A DNA stretch of 64,000 nucleotides. Origin: Glaucostegus cemiculus (Eukaryota). Where the stretch lies: assembly GCA_976551045.1 (NCBI GenBank), contig CDPCPM010000029.1, positions 8,990,001 through 9,054,000 of the forward strand. Direction: 5' to 3'. A program made the translations under genes and the position numbers. Below are positions 9,155-22,699 of the stretch, piece after piece. The notes beneath the pieces were generated by a model. The model ran no database searches and was not told the DNA's origin. It saw only the letters and a list, made by a program, of their open reading frames with translations. The first letter of the stretch is position 1; each line of letters begins with the position of its first letter.

Positions 9155-11569
9155 TGAAGTTACAGGGTTGTTTGTTTGAAGCAGCCATTGCTGAGCAGGA
9201 CATGGTCAGGAGGATACTTGAGACCTGGAACTGAGAAGATGACACATAGCCTAAAGGGGGAAGTAATCCATCAGTATCAAGCATGTCTAGAGTAGGCAAG
9301 GGAGTCAGAAAACATCCATGCAGCTGAGGAGAGGGGTTAAAGAAAACTCTGGATCATTTAATTTTTTGGTGTATAGTGAGTACTTACATCTAAATATATG
9401 CTTGACAGATAATGAAATGTATCTAGACAGTTAATTGATGATGTGATGGAATATATGTGGGTAGCTATCATTAATGTGAGTTTGTTAACAATTTTCTGGA
9501 GAAGTAGTGTTGGTACCAACTACTGTAATTGGTTGAGTATTGTTCATCTTCAATAAAGAACTTCTATCTTGGTTACTTCCCTCAGTAAGTAGCAATATAG
9601 AAGCACCAATGGACACTGCAGATATAAGATAGAGTGTATTAAAATGTGAAATTCACAGAATCAATCTCAATCTTAGCACACAAATCTTTCCCGTACTTTC
9701 CTCTCTACCCCTCTCTCCCTTATGGTGGATTGCTGGATGTTTGAGAATGCAAGCATGCTGGATTCTCAAGATACTTGGTAACAAGTTTGAACTTGTGCTT
9801 CTTGGTAATACTTGGTAACATGCTTGACTGTGGGAGGATGATTTGAAACTAGGTGTTGATTGAGTTACCTGAGGGCCAGGAAAGTTGGGTGTGCAGTGAG
9901 GGTGGAAACTGCCAAAAAGGAACATTCAAGATCAACCTTACAAGTGATGCCTAAAAACTGAATAATATAAGAAGCAGTTTTCAAATTGTGATAATTATCC
10001 ACACCTCAACAATGTTGTGAAACTTCAATGCAATGTGCAAAAGTCCCAGTTGTTTGGTGTTATGCTCTGGTCTTCACTCTTATCTCTTTGTATTTCACAA
10101 TCTTTTTTCTGGATATGAAGTGTGTTAAGGTCCAGGATAGGCAACAAGTTTTCTTCCCTTCCTTCACTCACACATTCCTCTCTCCTCCCAGCCATCTCAC
10201 CAGCTTTTCTTTCTTCCCTTCATTTCCTCTCCTTCCCTTTTTCATGGTCTTCATCTGTACCTACTGCTTTCTGTGTCATGGAGTAACATTTGGACCCAGT
10301 TTATCTGAGGGTAAATGCTAACAATAAAGGAGACATAAAATAGAACAGTTGCAAAATTCAAACCCTTTGTGAGAATTTCAGCAATTTTTCATTTAATTGC
10401 AATGTCCTGGCAAGTATCTGAAGAGAGATTAATATCTGATGTGAAGACTCTTACTGGGAATTCTTTCTTTTTGTCAGATACTCATTTATCTTGACAAAAA
10501 TACCATGGTGACAGCATTGTTTGGCTGCAGATTTGGTTCAAAGTGATGGCAGTGATAATCTACAGTTTTAATTAATGATCTGGCACAGAACATAAAGTAG
10601 TTTGTTTTTTTTTCTCTGACCACCTTCTTTCTGCTTCTCCGTCTCTAACACTTCCATCAAAATGAGATGCTGATGTACCACTGCTGCTGTGTGTACTCTT
10701 TTCAATGTTTGACCTCTGTCAGTTTTTACAGCTGCCTGAGTGCTATAGGCATCAATAATGTCACATGGAAATGAAGTTAAACCTGAAGAATTCTGAACAG
10801 ATCCAATTAATTATCCCAGATCAAGCTATAATAAGAAACCAGAACTGGTAATGATGTGCTTGAATGTTAATGTGCATTAAAAGCATTAGCAAAAAAATTT
10901 GTAAATATTGCACTAACACTATTAACCATCACTATAATCATGTGCTGAGTTAGCTGTGATGCAAAAGAAATTTCACCCTTTAATTGGTCCGTACACCTCT
11001 AGGATATGAGTCAAAGTCAATTCTGTCAGTAATGAGATCACTTCTTCACTTAATCAAGCAAAAAGGCAATAACATGAAATTTCCTACTACACAGCTGTCA
11101 TCGACAATCATCCAGGAAAAAGGAGTTCGTCAGTAGGAGATAGTTGGCGTAGTTAGAATTTTGCTTCCAGGTGGAGAGATACTGATGCAGCCGATATTTG
11201 AACTGTTCCACCATTTGCTAATGAGATTCCTCCTGAGGAGTGTTTTTTTAGCAATTTTTCTTCATGGTGTTGTTATCTCTTAATAAAGGACTAAATTGTT
11301 ATGGGGATAGAAAGCAGTATTTTTTTTGTATAATAATTTAAGTAAATGGTCCTGACTTGGAAATCCATCCCTGATCCTTCATTATTGCTGGGTCTAAATC
11401 CTGGAATTCCCTGCACAGGCATTGGCAAATTACTAAATTGCAATGGTTTTCATGAGTCAGCCCTTTTACATAATCATTCACAGTTCTCTTAGCAGATTTA
11501 GACATTGAAAGGTGGCATACTTGTGGTGGAAGAGAAAAATTGCATATTAGTTAACCTAAAGCAATATAA

Positions 11570-12110
11570 TTCCTGAAGTACATGCAGTATCTGTGAAAAG
11601 AGAAAAAAAAAGAATTAGTATTACTGATTACTGACCTTTTCAGCAGAACTCACCAGTTCGGATATGAACAGGAAAGACTGTTTATTTAAAATTATTGAAT
11701 TTGACATTGAGTCATGAGGACTATAATGTGCTCAAATGGAAGAGAAGGTGCTGTTCCTCGAAATTATGTAGGGCTTTTTTTGGAACTGTATGGAAAGTCA
11801 CAGATAGGTTAGCGTGGACAGAATGAAGTAGTAAAGTGATAGGCAATTGTAACCTCAGGTGTTTGATTTTGTAATGTTGAGGAAGCCATATTGTGAGCAC
11901 TGAATACCCTACACGAGGTTGGAAGAAGTTTGAGTGAATGGAAGGATTATTTGGCTTGCTAGATAATGAGAAGTTATGGGGTAAAAGAGCAGGATTTTCA
12001 TTTCCTGTGGTTGCATGGGAAAATGCCTTGAGAAGGAGAATGGTTTGTGGACATGGAAGAGCAGATCAGAGAGAGAAAATTGGAATGGCCGCTTTGGAAT
12101 GCAGAAAGAG
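11570..12110 (-). mobile_element. Decayed Penelope-like element 3' fragment (GIY-YIG endonuclease C-terminus)
   Basis: Minus strand ~11760-11688 reads EEQHLLFHLSTL*SS*LNVKFNNF, matching the same terminus at 47637-47720. Confidence 0.75.
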
Positions 12111-12195
12111 GAGGTGAAACTATGATAGAATTTCCTAGAAGGTGATGGAAATTGCAATGGACTCTTCCCAATCTCCCTTCTACCCCCCCCCCCCC

Positions 12196-12526
12196 CTTCC
12201 ATCCTGCAGAAGATACAAAAGCTTGAGAACTTGTACCACCAAGCTCAAGGACAGCTTCTATCCCATGTATTAAAAGATTCTCGAACAGACTTCTTGTACA
12301 ATAAAGAACTCCTGATCTTTACCTCATCATTGCCCTTGCACCTTATTTGTCTCTCTGCATTGCACTTTCTCTAACTGTGGCAGTATTTTCTGCATCCAGT
12401 TACTGTTTTTCCTTTTGCACTATGTCGATGGAATACTTATGTATGGAATGATCTGTCTGGATAACATGCAAAGCTTTTCACTGTATCTTGGAACATATGA
12501 CAATAATAAACCAATTACAATTACAA
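12196..12526 (+). mobile_element. Rex1/Babar LINE 3' end
   Basis: PSCRRYKSLRTCTTKLKDSFYP, then 3' UTR ending TTTCACTGTATCTTGGAACATATGACAATAATAAACCAATTACAATTAC. Confidence 0.85.
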
Positions 12527-12649
12527 GGATGATCTTTGAATGCCCGGGCTAGTAGTGTAGGAGGTGGGAACCAATGGAACCTTTCCTTGTCCCAGATGGA
12601 AGGAGAAGTATGTGAACTGACATGACTGAAGTAGGTAAGATGTGGTAGT

Positions 12650-12980
12650 GGAAAGAGATATAATGAAGTGAACAGTTTAAAGAAGGAATTCCAGAACTTG
12701 GCATTTTGACAGCTGAAGGCACATCTGCCAATGGTAGAGCAATTAAACTTGGAATTAATAAAGAAACCAGGATGGGAGAAGTACAAAAAATTTCAGATGG
12801 CTGCAGGACAGGAAAAGATTACAAAAATAAATAGTGGGGTGATAGGGGAATTTGGAAATAAAGGCACCCATTTTAAAAATTATAGTCAACGAGTACAGTG
12901 ATGGTTGACAAATGGACCTGTATTAATTCTGCTGTTTCAGCAGCATTTTGAATGGCCTAATTTATGGAGAGCAGAAGTCT
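12650..12980 (-). mobile_element. Old L2-type LINE 3' fragment
   Basis: ORF 12478..12786 contains STIGRCAFSCQNAKFWNSF, resembling the L2 ORF2 terminus (G.RAFS...P.LWNSLP). Confidence 0.6.
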
Positions 12981-14912
12981 TCTAATCCGTTAATTATTTT
13001 ACTGCAGAAGTCGTATTTCTGTTTTTAACTTTTAAAAATATTCTTACCATAGGAGTGCAATTGGCTTGATCTTACAAAAAGAGGGCAGTATTTTCTTTGA
13101 AATACTATTTTAACATTGTACACTGATCCCACGATCTGCACAGAACATTGAGGTATTTAGAATACTTGAACTGTCATTTCCATACCTGCCACCAAGTTTC
13201 TGTTAGAAGGATAGGGTTAAGTTATTGGCCAATGCTTGATTCATTAAGTATCAGGTAACACTGAACTTGATTCATGAATAAATTAAATTCTTATAAAGTT
13301 TTGCTGGCATGTTGCACCAGATCCCAGAAATGGAAAATTTGTGACTTGTACATTCATTACAGAGGACTATGGGAGAGAGAAAAGAAAGAAATAGACTGGA
13401 CTGTTATTGCTGCAACTTCATTTCCAATTTGACAAAGCAAGTACCCTATAAGAGATTTCCAAGTGGCTCATACAGCTGACAACAGGTTCTGCTGCAGGCA
13501 TTAGGTATTGCCTCTTCATCTTTGTGGCTGCTTTGATCACTCTTCTTGTCATTGTGTAACAGTTCTTAATGAAGCCTCTTTGCAAAGCAAAAGTGCACAA
13601 TAAACTTGCCACCGTCATCAGCCAGGCCTGAAAAGACTCAGGTAAGTGGGAATTTTGAATCTCTTTCAGAATTTTCCTTCTGGGCCAGGAGGAACAGTAA
13701 AGAAAGAAAAAAAAAGAACTCTAGTTAAATAACCTAACCCCTGGTGCAATAATGCTTAACCTGTGCTGGTCCATAGCTTCACAGCCACACTGAACTTTGT
13801 GATGTGTAATGCTTAAAAGATTGTAGAGAGAGCTCGCTGTGCTGTTCCTTGGCTGCTTGTAAGCAGAAAGAGGGCCTGATGTCACAAGTGTCGAATGTGT
13901 TACAAGTGCATCTCTGAAAGTGAAGTGCACAGTAGTTGCAAATGTGCTGGAAGTTTTTGAAAAGTAAACCAGGGCTGTGACATTTTGTGGAATGACTGAA
14001 TATGCAAGAGATTGACTATCAAGGTTTTTGACCTGTCTGTGGTGTGAGAGACAGAAAGGAGGAGAGATGTCCTACATTTCCTGATGGGAATGGATAAGTT
14101 TCTACATAATGCAATATACAGGAATCAGTGGCAACAAAGGTGGCAGCAGGGGAAGACATTGCCTGGTGTTTTGCTCCAAGAGGTGAATAGACTGGAGTCA
14201 CCACTTGTTGTCCATGTTCTGAGTCATCAGTTGATGTCAAAGTAAATACAATCAATTTTCATATGACTGCCTTGCCTGCTTAAATCTTTAATAGTCAAAT
14301 GACCCATTTGCTTATCATTCAATATTCAGTCTCAAAATTTACCCAACTGTTGCAAGTCACAACGAACAGTTCATATTCATAGGGAGCAATTCAGCAGTGA
14401 AAGCCACATTGTGCAAGGTTATTGGAGATAATTACTGACAAATCTTGCAGGACAGGATGCTGTATGATAGGAGGCAAAAGGAAGAAACCAGAGGAAATAA
14501 AATAAGCATATGTGTTGTAACAGTTCTACAGAGGACATAGCAGTGATAATCCTGTGAAGGAAAATTTGTAAAGAGGAGTTGAATGGATTGGTGAGGACTA
14601 AATCTGTACAACTAGTCCTTTGTCTCTTCTCCCACTTTTCGCTCCTTTCACAATCACTTCTGACTTTCAAGCTGTAGTTTGTAGTTTGTATAAGCATAAT
14701 TACTCCTCCCCTTTACCCAACCAACTCAATCTCTTTCTAGGCACCTAAAAACAGAAATCTTCATGGAGTCAGGGAAGGAGATAGAGAGGATCAAAAACCT
14801 CACTATTTGATCTTATTGCTAGTTCTTACAGCTACTTTACTATTACTACATGTATCTTAGAGGTCAGTATTTTTGGGGACTCTACACATGAAGAGACATT
14901 GGATACCAAGCA

Positions 14913-15460
14913 AAAACATAGGAAAATAGGAGCAGGACTACACCATCTGCTCCCTGAGCTTGCTCAACTATTCAATGCAATCATGGCTTACTTTCTATTA
15001 CAAACCATGTTCCTGCTCTCTTCCCATACCCCTTGATATTTTTTGCATCCAGAAATCTATCTGTTGTCTCCTTGAATAAATTCAGCTACTTGATCTCTCC
15101 AGACTTTTGTGGTGGAGAATTCCAGACTTTGACCACCTGCTGACTCAAGAATTTTTACTTCATAGCGGTACTAAATATCTTACCTTGTAGCCTTGTTCCA
15201 GACCCACACCCAGCTAGGTGAAACACCTTCCCTGCATCTATCCTGTTGAGACCTGCCAGAATTTGCTATGCTTCAATGAGATCGCCTCTCGTTCTTCTAA
15301 GCTCTGATGAATACAGGCCTTGTTGAACCAATCTCTCTTTGTACAACATTCCTGCCATCCCAGGAATCAATCGAGAAGAGGCTTGTTGCATTCCCTCCAT
15401 AGCAAATACATCCTTTCTTAGGTAAAGAGACCAAAACTGCACACAATACTCCAGCTGCAA
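14913..15460 (-). mobile_element. CR1 LINE 3' fragment
   Basis: ORF 15266..15460 LEYCVQFWSLYLRKD...RGDLIE plus CR1 tail at 14913. Confidence 0.9.
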
Positions 15461-17109
15461 TTCTAATTCCCCATGGGGGAGATGATCAATGATTAGTGCT
15501 TGGTTTGTGCAATGTTATTGCCACTAAAAAGTCCATGCTTGAATGGTGTGCAGGTTTTGCTGCATATGGATATAGTAATCTTAATAATTTGAGTTAAAAG
15601 TAGAACTAAATACAGTGGAATCAAGGTTGGGGAGTATCAAGATGGGATGGTACGTGTTAAAAGAAAGAGGTTTCCTTGACTATATTTGACCTCATGCTAC
15701 AAGACTTCATGGAGTTTGAAGTCTATGTTAGGAACTTCCAGAGCTATTCACCCTCTATTGCATATCTCTACAATGCAACTTTGGATTCGGCTATCAAAAG
15801 CCAACATGCCACTCAGACATGCTTCCACTGGAGTGAACATCAACCCCAAAGAGTGAACTACCAGAGAAAGCAAGGTTGGCACTCAAGACTGAAGATAATC
15901 AATGGGATACTTTAAGAGAAATTACAGAACAATGAAAGGGAGAATACTTCAAATTTCAGAACACTGATAATTAAAATGGCAAAAAGCAAACAAAATAGAT
16001 AAATGAAGTCACGTGAAGCCCATGAGAGTGAAAAAAGTGAGATGAATGGTGAATGCAATGGTTGAATCTGCGAAGAACAGCTTAAAGTATGAGAAACAAC
16101 AATAACATATTTCACAGGTGTATCTTGAAAACGTGCATTGTTAAATGTGAGATGAAATACCCAAGAGGAAAGGATAATGAATTACTAAACAAATAATTCA
16201 CATCAAGCTTCACAACAGGAAGGCATTGGCAGGAAGGCAAATTCTCAATTGTTTAAAAATGAGTTTTCAAATCTTACAGAAAATAAAAAAGAATCATTAG
16301 AAGTAAGTCAAGTTAAACAAATGCAAAATTCCAGGGTCTGTAGAGATACAGGAAAGATCCTTATTGAACTGGTGGTCTTAAAAATTGTACTTTATGCAGT
16401 CTGGACACAGGTAGTCTCACTGCCAAATTTATCAATGCTCTATCTTTTTCCCACTATAAAATGGGCACAATAAATTTAAAATTATTTCCCAAAGAATGTC
16501 TCCCAGCACTGAGGGATGGAGAATGAGATAACAAATTTAAGTTGAAGGTAAGGTGTTTAGAATATTGAGAAGGAGATTTACTTTTACATAGAATGTTATG
16601 GACTCTAAGTTAAATAAAGTTCATGCCAACATTTAAGTGCAGCTTAGGTAAAAGATTAAAGGAAATGTAATTAAAGGGATATGGCAAAAGACTATGCACA
16701 TGAAATTGGCATGAATATTAAATAAGTAGCTCACAGAGTTTAAGAGAGGAATATAAGGATGGTGATAAATTCTGAGCTGAATAAAAAAAACTAGCAGATG
16801 TTGTAGTAAATTAGGAAGGATATTGGTCCCTTGCCCTTTTCATGGGATATTGCGATGACTACTGGCCCAAGGATATGTTGTACATGCAGAATGCATTCCT
16901 TCTGGACAGGATCTTTGTGTTTGTTAATTTTCTACCTACAAGCATTGCTGGCAAGGAAAGCTGTTATTTCCCAGAGAAAATGGTGATGAAACAACTGGCT
17001 AACTGGTTTCAAATGCCAGAGAAAAGGAGGATGGTTTAACAAATACATGAAATGTGTCTAAACATTGGGAAAAGAGTGGGAAAGTCTGTACAGGAATGTA
17101 CTCAGTGTC

Positions 17110-17640
17110 CATTAGAAAATAGAGGTCTGAATGCAATAATGTATTGGGAGGGATGGGATATGGTAGGGATTACTGAAACAGCTTTGGAAAAATCAGAATT
17201 AGACACTGGGAGTATATATTTAGAACAAATTGAAATAAGAAATGAGGACATGAAGATCATGGCAACAAAAAAACTGTGATGCAGCCTTTGGTGAGACAAA
17301 CATATTCCATGCAGATGGAGATAAAGAATCAATCACATTAAAATAAATAATTTATAGGCCATCCTGAATAGAGATAAGCAAACAAAAAAAGTCAAAATAG
17401 CAGTAAACTATTTAAAAAGGCCCAACCCCACCCCATAGAAATTGCCTAGAATAGGTAAGTAAAGAGGAAAAGGGGATGGATTTCAAACAATTGTTTAGAA
17501 AATTCCTTTCTAATCCAATACACAAAAAGACCAACAGGAAGAGAATCTGTATGGATTTGGAACTGGGGATACCTCAGTACGTTTAAGGGAAATGAAAGTA
17601 GGGGACCACTTAGGAAATAGTAACCATAATCAAGCTTCAG
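17110..17640 (+). mobile_element. Highly decayed CR1 AP-endonuclease fragment
   Basis: WDMVGITETAL; later FLIQYTKRPTGRE, typical of CR1 APE. Confidence 0.55.
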
Positions 17641-17887
17641 TCTCTGAAGCTGTGAGGCAGAATCAGTAACTGCTGTGCCATACTTGTTACATTGTAATAC
17701 TTTTATATATTGACATGTAAATCCTTTTTTAAAATAATCCCCCAAGGCACACCATGCCAATTATGTAGTCTGATAGTGAATACCATTTTCTTGTCTGGGT
17801 CTAATCCTGGATAAACCTAAAGAAATGTCCACAGATTCACTGAAGTTTACACTGGAGGCTTTGTGCTCAGGGGTGTCATGATGGCAA

Positions 17888-18050
17888 GGGTGACATGGTT
17901 GCACAGTAGTTAGTGTTCCTGCTTCACAGCTTCAGTGAGCAGTGTTCAATTCTGATCATGGGTGTTGTCTATGCAGAGGATGCATCTTCTCCTCAAGACC
18001 AATCAGCTTTCTGTTGGGTACCCTGTTTTCCAGCCACATCCCAAAGACAG
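17888..18050 (+). mobile_element. Old V-SINE
   Basis: Head GGGTGACATGGTTGCACAGTAGTTAG, B-box-like GTGTTCAATTCT, core end CCACATCCCAAAGAC. Confidence 0.7.
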
Positions 18051-18449
18051 GTTTATTGCAAAATAATCAAAGAATAAATTGTAGTGAAATAGGAAAGGGC
18101 ATACGAGTCTGATGGAATTACTCTGTTTGGATTTGGTATGGATCCAGCAGCCATAGAAGGTAAGTAAGTGATAATCAGTTCATGTCCATCCCACTGCAGT
18201 GTGCTTACTGGACTGATGGGAATAGAGGATGTGGCATAATGGGCGACATCGACACATTGGGCCAAAGCATTGGGAAAGGTCCTCTGACCTGCTGAGCTCA
18301 TTGGGATAGCAAAGGGCTTCATTTGCAGTGAATTGATGACTGGAAGGCCGCTAGCTCACTGATAGGTGAGCAACTCCACTTCAGGGCACTATTCAACCTG
18401 AAAAGAAGGCAAGTGCTGACAGCTACTGTGGTAACAGTGGATAGAAAAT

Positions 18450-18620
18450 AAAAATCAGCCCAGTAACCCCCTCTTCTTGTTGGAAATACTGCTATGGGAT
18501 CTTTAATGTCTACCTGGAATGGCAGGCTGACAGTTTAATGTCTCATGTAAAACAAAAGCAGCACGCCTGCCATTGTAGTACCTCCTCACTGTTTCTCTGG
18601 AGTGTCAGAATAAATCTCTG
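18450..18620 (-). mobile_element. Deu-domain SINE fragment
   Basis: GAAATACTGCTATGGGATCTTTAATGTCTACCTG..GTTTAATGTCTCAT..GGAGTGTCAG is collinear with 49240-49400. Confidence 0.65.
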
Positions 18621-18739
18621 CTACCCTAAAAGCCATTGCTCTTGTGTTTGTGGAAGGGTGTGCCTTCTGGACTCTTACAACATGCAACAGATATCTGCCA
18701 AGCTATTCTTTATAAATCACAGGCCATGTCAGTCTCTGA

Positions 18740-18940
18740 CAAATGCATGGAGTGCGCTGCCTGGGGTGGTAGTAGAGGCAGATATGTTGGACAGGTTCAA
18801 GAGATTGTTAGATAGGCACATGGAAGAATGTGGAATAGTAGGATATGTGGGAGGAAAGAGTTAGATTGTGAGACATTTGAAGGATGGCACAACTTGATGG
18901 GCTGAAGGGCCTGTTTTGTGCTGTATTGTTCTATGGTTCT
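18740..18940 (+). mobile_element. CR1 3' end
   Basis: AWSALPGVVVEAD..RFKRLLDRHM and tail GGGCTGAAGGGCCTGTTTTGTGCTGTATTGTTCTATGGTTCT. Confidence 0.9.
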
Positions 18941-20429
18941 AATAAATATTCCTGTAGATGCTGGTGTGGAGGCACTACTGTATCTGTGTATAGGTGGCTT
19001 GAGTTCAGCAAGGCCAATTCAGTACCACTCCTATGATCTTCCTTCCCTTCCTTCAAAAATAGCACAGATACCAGAGGGGCCCCGTGACAAACTGCCAGCT
19101 GTAAAATGATTGCAAGAAAGATTCATGAAAATCCACAGCAGCAGGACATTAGAGCATAAAAAGTTTAAAAATATTTGCAACTTAGTTCCCAGGATTCATG
19201 GATTAAATACAAGTTGTGGTGCTGAATGGAAATACCAAGGAAGTGTGTGTGGGAGAAAGAAACTGTTAGTACTTAAAAACAAGTTGTTTTTCCTTTCTAT
19301 TAATGTTACTAAATCAAATGAATTGTACTACTTATAATTCACTTACAGTGCAAAGTACAGAATGTATAGTGTGGGTAGGTATGTGTGCATATACAGTTAC
19401 ATAAGGTTTGGCATCATTGAACATTCCTAAACATAGTATTGAATTTTGTTGGAATTTTTTTTTAAATTAATCTTTTCTCTAAAGCTTTGGTCCAGTTGCT
19501 ATTCATGAATATTTGCTGACAGATAATTTATATCAGGTTTAAATTACCTCCCAACATGGTTCACAGAATCCAGCTCTTGGCTTGTGAAAGAAATAAGGAG
19601 TCCATTCTGAAGGTGAAGTGTAAGGGTTGTTTCAAGATGATAATAGCTTAAGAGATGTCAACACAGAATGCTCATCTGGAATTCAGAATGGTTGCAAAAC
19701 CTAAGTCTGATGCAGCAACGGCAGTAATGGAATCAATGATTAATTTCAAAAGTATATCTGATGCATCTGACACAGGCCTTCAGAATTAAATCAGATCTAA
19801 CACAAGGTTGGACACAGTCAGGAGAAAAGCATGGCACAATGTAAGTGAAAGGATAATGACTATTTGAGTATTTAGTTCTTTATTGCAAAACCATAAAATA
19901 CATGAAAAACATAATTATCCTCCTATTTGTGGTAATGCCCTCAAGGGGAAAGTCCCTTCCAACATCTGCAATTTTGTTCTAATGTGTGGTTTATAAGAGG
20001 AAAGTAGCAGGACTGGTGCTGCTGATAGCACAATAGGTAGCTGGAAAGAAATTATAGCCAGCAGCTTGACTAAGAAGCCAAGATAATTTTATTCCCTCAG
20101 GCAATATTTGACTTCCTCTGTTAGTCACAATGTAACAGTGATCTGTATGTCACAATGCCCAAATCATAATTTTATTCCGTAGTACACAATTAAAAGCTGC
20201 CAGAAAATAATGGGCAAATGTTCATGTGCTATTGTAGAACTGCATACCAGGTTTTCCCAAGGTTCAGGAGAGATGGTTTAGTCCTTTGACAGTGGAAAAT
20301 AAAGTCTCAAGTCTGAATTGGGGGTTGGTAAGGAGGCCAGTAGGTGTTTGAAGCCAGTGATTCTTTATATCCTTACTGAATATTTAATAAATACAAAAGT
20401 GAAATTGTGAATATTTCAAATGGAACTAA

Positions 20430-21145
20430 GAAAGGATTACTATTTAAATAGAGAAAGAATGCAAAAAGGGCTTTGGGGTCCTTGTACATGAAGCACGAAA
20501 AGCTAGCACACAGGTAGAGCAGGTAATTGGGAAGGCTAATAGGATGCTTTTATTTCAATGGGGTTGGAATATAAAAGTAGGGATGTCTTATTACAACTCC
20601 TCAAGGCACTAGTAAAACCACATCTAGCATAGGATGAGCACTTTCATCCCATTACTTAAGGAATGATATATTATTATTGGAAGCAGTTCAGAGTTTAGGA
20701 GGATGGTTTTGGGGAGGGAGGGAGGGATTGTCTTGTAAGGAAAAGTTGAACAGTTTGACTTTGTATATATTGGATTTTAAAAGAATGAAAGGCAACTTAT
20801 TGAAACATACAGGATTCTCAAAGGGCTTAATGGAGTAAATGCTGGTAGGATATTTCCTCTCATGGAAGAGTATAATACCAGAGGGCATAATCTCAGAATA
20901 AGGGAGATTAAGAGTGAGATGAAAATGTTTTTTCTCAAACTCTTAGAAATTCATTGCTGCAGAAAGTTATGGAGGCTGAATCCTTGTATAGATTCAAAAT
21001 GAAGATAGATCTTTAGACAGTAAAGGAATTGGAGGTGATGTTGGGAAAGTGGACTCCAGGAAAATTGGAACATAATGATCTTATTGAATGGTGGACCAGA
21101 CCTGGGGAGCCTAATAGCCGAGTCCTTTTCATTATTGGTTATGGT
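20430..21145 (+). mobile_element. Decayed CR1 LINE 3' portion
   Basis: LGVLVHEARK..KANRML..KALVKPHL..GNLLKHT; CR1-like 3' UTR ending ~21145. Confidence 0.8.
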
Positions 21146-21584
21146 CTAATAGTCTTAAGAGAATAGACCATTGTTTTAGAAAAATTAAAAATCACATTAA
21201 GTCAATAGTGTGCAAGAAGCACATGACAGTTGTGTGCAGTCTTCCCAACAGAAATATTCTATAGTGCCCAAGGCCTGACATGCTGAAAGATCTTTCCTCC
21301 ATTAATTTCTACCATTGCAAAGTTGCAGAGGAAACCAGATAGGCCATGAATTGTTGGGAGCAGATGGGGTTGTTGAGAGATGACCCGAGTTGTGGTCTGG
21401 AGTCAGGAGGAGGAGTTAGGACATCAAAGTAAAGGAACAGGGGTAGACACAGTGAGGGTCAGCACAGCAGATGGGGATAGCCTTGAGGATAGGAATATCA
21501 GGGGAAAGGACAATTGGAAAGAGAAATGGAGGGAAAAGACCAAGTACTCTGACAAGTGAACTGCTCTGGGAAAGTGACATTAAG

Positions 21585-21945
21585 GACATTAAGCTGAAAC
21601 AGTTTCCCCCCCCCCCCCCAAAGCTATTAAACTGTTGAACATGGCCCCCCACACACACCCTATGTCTTCCCCTTCACTGGCTGGATTCACTGTGGTGTTT
21701 TCTAATGACCTATGCTGCTATATTGATATTCTGCTGATTATCATTACTATTATTATCATGGTTTATTTGCACACTGCCTCTATATTTTTATACTTCATAT
21801 TTATGTTTGTTTTTATTTTCATAGTCATAATCGCTCTTATCAATTTACTGTTCTGGTTTTTATTAGGCAAAGGAGTGCCATCGTAATTTTGTTGTGGTGT
21901 TGTTCTGCAACAGTACAATGAAAAATAAAGAAATCTTGAAATAAA
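21585..21945 (+). mobile_element. Rex1-type LINE 3' end
   Basis: AAGCTGAAACAGTTTCCC..AAAGCTATTAAACTGTTGAAC (decayed RL.NSFFP.AI.LLN), T-rich UTR, AATAAA end. Confidence 0.6.
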
Positions 21946-22089
21946 GGGGAAAACAACACAGGAAGGGAGATTGTGGAAAGAACAACCAGCAGTAGGAATA
22001 TTAGATAAAGTGGCTTCAAGGAAAGGAATATGTTGTAAAAAGAGAAGCAATGGGGCAAGAGGCACAAGGGTCTAGACTTGTGATTAGTT

Positions 22090-22250
22090 GGGTATTGGTA
22101 TATTATTGCCACTGGTACCTTGGTACAGTGAAAAGCTTGTCTTACAAACCGATCATACAGGTCAATTCATTACACAGTGCAGTTACATAGTTAGTACAAA
22201 GTACATTGAAATAGTACAGTAAAAACAGCAACAGTACAGAATAAAGCGCA
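22090..22250 (-). mobile_element. Rex1 3' UTR fragment, (ACCAAT)n-tail family
   Basis: Closely similar to 63280-63430. Confidence 0.85.
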
Positions 22251-22699
22251 AAAGAATCAGGTCAGTATTGGACAGAATCCAGGTTAAGGGTTGAACATGC
22301 TGTTGAGGTAATTGGGTTTTAGATTAAATTCTTGCATGGGCATAAAACATTCCTGGCTCCATGTATAAATGTACAAAGTCCTTGATTAAAACTAGTGAGG
22401 CAATTACAAATACCAATAGGGATTATATAATAGCATTAACAGAGATATAGCTCAACCTTTCAAAGCATTCAAACCAGAACTTTGAAAGTGACAAAATATT
22501 AAGAAACAAAATACAATAAAAAATTGTAAAGTTCCATGCATTAAAGTTTCCATCACCACAATGGAAATGATAATAGGACTGGTGCAAAAGCTGAAGTCCA
22601 TTAATAGAAGTTAAGAAGTGTTATTGCTGTTCTGGCAGTAGGTCATAGATTCCTGAACAGTGAAAAGGAGATAGAGGGAGAGATATGTTGAGAAAAAAA

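Noticed and set aside
9498-9660. Possible PPT and 3' LTR of the Gypsy fossil (GGAGAAGTAG then TGTTGG, AATAAA at 9552)
   Set aside because: Only short word matches to the 5' side; no LTR pair or TSD could be demonstrated.
9771-9820. ATACTTGGTAACA repeated 37 bp apart with a partial third copy
   Set aside because: Small local slippage or repair duplication with no further structure.
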